This document shows, in pieces, positions 61,561 through 64,000 of a stretch of DNA of 64,000 bases; position 1 is the stretch's first letter, and the number at the start of each line of letters is the position of its first letter. The position numbers and the translations under genes are program-made. The notes below the pieces were generated by a model. It was not told where the DNA came from and did no database searches. It saw nothing but the letters and a program-made list of their open reading frames with translations. The stretch comes from Lepidodermella squamata. Its lineage: Eukaryota; Animalia; Gastrotricha. The DNA lies in contig JBLDXI010000099.1 in the NCBI GenBank assembly GCA_047495785.1, positions 1 to 64,000 on the forward strand. The letters run 5' to 3'.

Positions 61561-61845
61561 ACCCAGGCAGTAATAGGGTAGAGATGCCGTCTCAATGCCC
61601 GGCTATGCAGTTAAATAGCCAACCGACGTTGGAATAGTCGGTATAAACTTCCACCGTCCCGGCTCAGACGGCGAAAACGACCACGTCTTGGTGAGACGGT
61701 AAAAAAAACTCCGACAAGGCAAGGTCGGTAAAAAACTTCCAAAATGTCCGCAGGGCTGAGCGACCAGCGCCCTCACTGTGATTCGTCACAAATACTAAGC
61801 TGGAAGGGAACCTATGACGATCTGTCAGGCATCTTCGGATCCGAG
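61561..61845. other. GC-richer multi-hairpin island (candidate structured RNA or ssDNA element)
   Basis: About ten short inverted repeats plus long-range pairings gagatgcc/ggcatctt, ccgtctca/tgagacgg and cttcca/tggaag, within AT-rich flanks. Confidence 0.55.
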
Positions 61846-62014
61846 GTTTCTCCCCGATATTTCAATTATTGATGTGCATTGGTAATTTCAATAAAATATG
61901 TTTTTCATTTCAATATATTTTTTTTAATTGATGTTCTTCATTCCATTCGCATATGGTGTTATTTTTTATTTATCTAGTTTTATGATGACAATTTTGTGAT
62001 TATGAACTGGAATC

Positions 62015-64000
62015 ATGGTGAAACCGCCTAATTGGAAGCCAAAATCGAAGGGATCGCGTAAGTGTTCCTTTTGCAAACGGAAAGGTGTTCGAATCTCAAC
62101 CCACTGCGGACTACTCAATTGCTCTAAAGCTAAAGGGCAACACCATCCCAAGCCGTGCATTAAGGTTCAACCTCCACAGTCCGCTTCTCAGTCCAATTGT
62201 ATGTTTTCCTAATCAATCAGTTATATATGTTTCATCTGTTTTTACACAGCCACGTCGTGTTCGCATGTTGGCGAATCTTTATCGGTAGCTCCATCCTCAC
62301 TCACTGTTCAGAATACGTCTCAGCAGTCGTTGATATCTCAAGGCTTGTTCTTGTTATTCATCCTCAAATTGTATAAATTTGCGATAAAATTTCCCCATAG
62401 GTAGCGGCGCTGTTCTGACTGCTTCGGAGCAATTGTTGGATTCTCAAGGTCAGTAATTTTTATTTCTCAACTATAACTTGACATGTGGCTGTGCCGTTCC
62501 AGCTGTTCCGGCTACCCGGGAAGATCCGCTGCCACCTCCGGGTTAGTTGTTAGATTGAGATTTATTTCATGTCTTGAGCGAATACCACTAAGCTCTTTTA
62601 AGAATTATAAGAATTGAAGAGGTGTTAACATATGATTGTTATGTCATTTAGTCTTGTCAAATAATATTTTCAGGCGCTTCTTTGAACGAACGGCAGGAAT
62701 CTAGCGCGCCTGCAACACGTCAGCCAGTAACTCAGCCATCTTGTCCAGTATGCGGCGCAAAAGGCAGGAAGTATCTGACCCACTGCGACAATGAGGAATG
62801 CCGGATTAGTGGCCGCGGGCATCACGCTAATCCCTGTTTCCAGTTGGAACGACCCGGGCTACAGGCCGGTGTAAATCTTGAGCAGCAACGTAAGTATTAT
62901 CCACCGGGTAACAACCTTTCATAAATAATGATTCATTTAGCTGTGGCGTCCTCTGGAGCTGTTGCTGCTACGTCACAACGGTCGCTGCCATCTATAGGTT
63001 AGTTATTTAATCAAGAATTGTGCTGCCTGGTGTTAACTAAAACTGCTGTTTGTTGCAGCTAGTGGTGGTTCTTCTAATGCACCTATTCTATGTGACAACT
63101 GCAGAAGACGATCGGTGCCCTTTTTCGACATCGACATTGCTGTCGTGGAAGAGCCGGTATCTGGACGCAGCTATGGTGCTCTAGGACTAAGGAAAGTCTA
63201 TGAAAACTGCTCGTTATGCCGTTGTTGCCGTCACTATTTGCGCAACGGCGATGCTCGTTTTCCCGCCGGATGGCCAGCCCTTGTTTATAGCCTTTTCTTC
63301 AAAGCAGCGAATAGGCACCTAGCAGAGGCCCTCTCTAACTACATATCGCCGCTCATGAAAATGATGTGGAGCGAGGTCGACGGCTCAAATGTTATGCGGG
63401 ACTCGCAGCCGTGTTTCGTTGACAAGACACGTGATCTGGCTGATTTCATGGCCAATATCTACAAAGACGCAGGTATTCTATCAACCTACTAAATGAGTAT
63501 ACGAATGCAGTTTTTTTTTTAATTGCAGGAGGATTCAGTTACGCGCTAAACATGTACCCAGTGCCCGACGTGATATGTCCGCAAGGTTGCCTCGCTTTCA
63601 TGGAGAAGTGCCAGCTAATCCCGTACCATCATTTGATCCAACATGTCACTGGCAGCAATTTCTTCGATTCCGACTTGCGCTGGTTCGAGTCAAGGAGACC
63701 CGACTGGCCGTGCAACCCAGTGCCTTTCCTCGCTTGGGATTTCGCTGCTGCAATGGTCATGGACGAGACAAAGGGCCTATGCATCCTTGCCTGCATTGAC
63801 CACAGCAAGCCGGACCTGTTTTCCATGTACCTGCATCTCCCTGCGAATCCCGAGTTCGACCGGTTCCACGATCCGCAGCAGACCGAAATCTATGCACCCG
63901 TGCACGTGCAGCCCAATTTCGTCAGAGGCGGGCGAGTCGGTCAGTCGAACGCATCAGTGCCAGTGACAAAAACTCTGGGTGATCAATTAGGTGTCGGCAG
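62015..64000 (+). CDS. 5' part of a multi-exon Cys/His-rich gene, probably the large protein of a mobile element (Helitron-like); open at the window end
   Basis: Short introns join two copies of CxxC-x7/8-THC-x4-C-x6/7-HH-x2-PC, then CDNCRR, LCRCC..YL, GWPALVYSL, CFVDKT, ICPQGC, GLCILACIDH, HLPANP. The last exon (~63529-64000) is open but missing from the ORF track. One junction (~62343) appears to need a GC donor. Confidence 0.7.

Overview
Eukaryotic nuclear DNA, most likely a compact-genome invertebrate animal (standard code, short GT-AG introns, GC-rich codons, AT-rich introns). Layout: (1) 1-4245, a 325-bp satellite with a 650-bp dimeric higher-order structure and a tRNA B-box. (2) 4.9-38 kb, a gene-dense block. 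The minus-strand run is COMMD10-like, tetraspanin, SF3B6, a divergent SLC10, an alpha-arrestin, COMMD7-like, an SLC7 cationic amino acid transporter and KGD4/MRPS36. WAPL and an SLC25 carrier follow on the plus strand. Two foreign-looking plus-strand genes sit inside the minus run: an RPA70-like OB-fold gene in a putative intronic Helitron, and a PD-(D/E)xK restriction-endonuclease-fold gene. (3) 39.5-43 kb, one LINE nested in another, each with a 13-bp TSD. (4) 44.3-48.2 kb, a dense cluster of 22 full-length tRNA genes for 17 amino acids, plus one pseudogene. (5) From 48162, a last tRNA-Gln is cut in its anticodon loop by a large composite element running off the window. It holds two 4803-bp head-to-tail units, a diverged third head, B-box-bearing ~180-bp satellites, a compact hairpin array and the start of a spliced Cys/His-rich gene that resembles, from recall only, the N-terminus of divergent Helitron-like proteins. 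All family assignments come from motif recognition by eye, not database searches.
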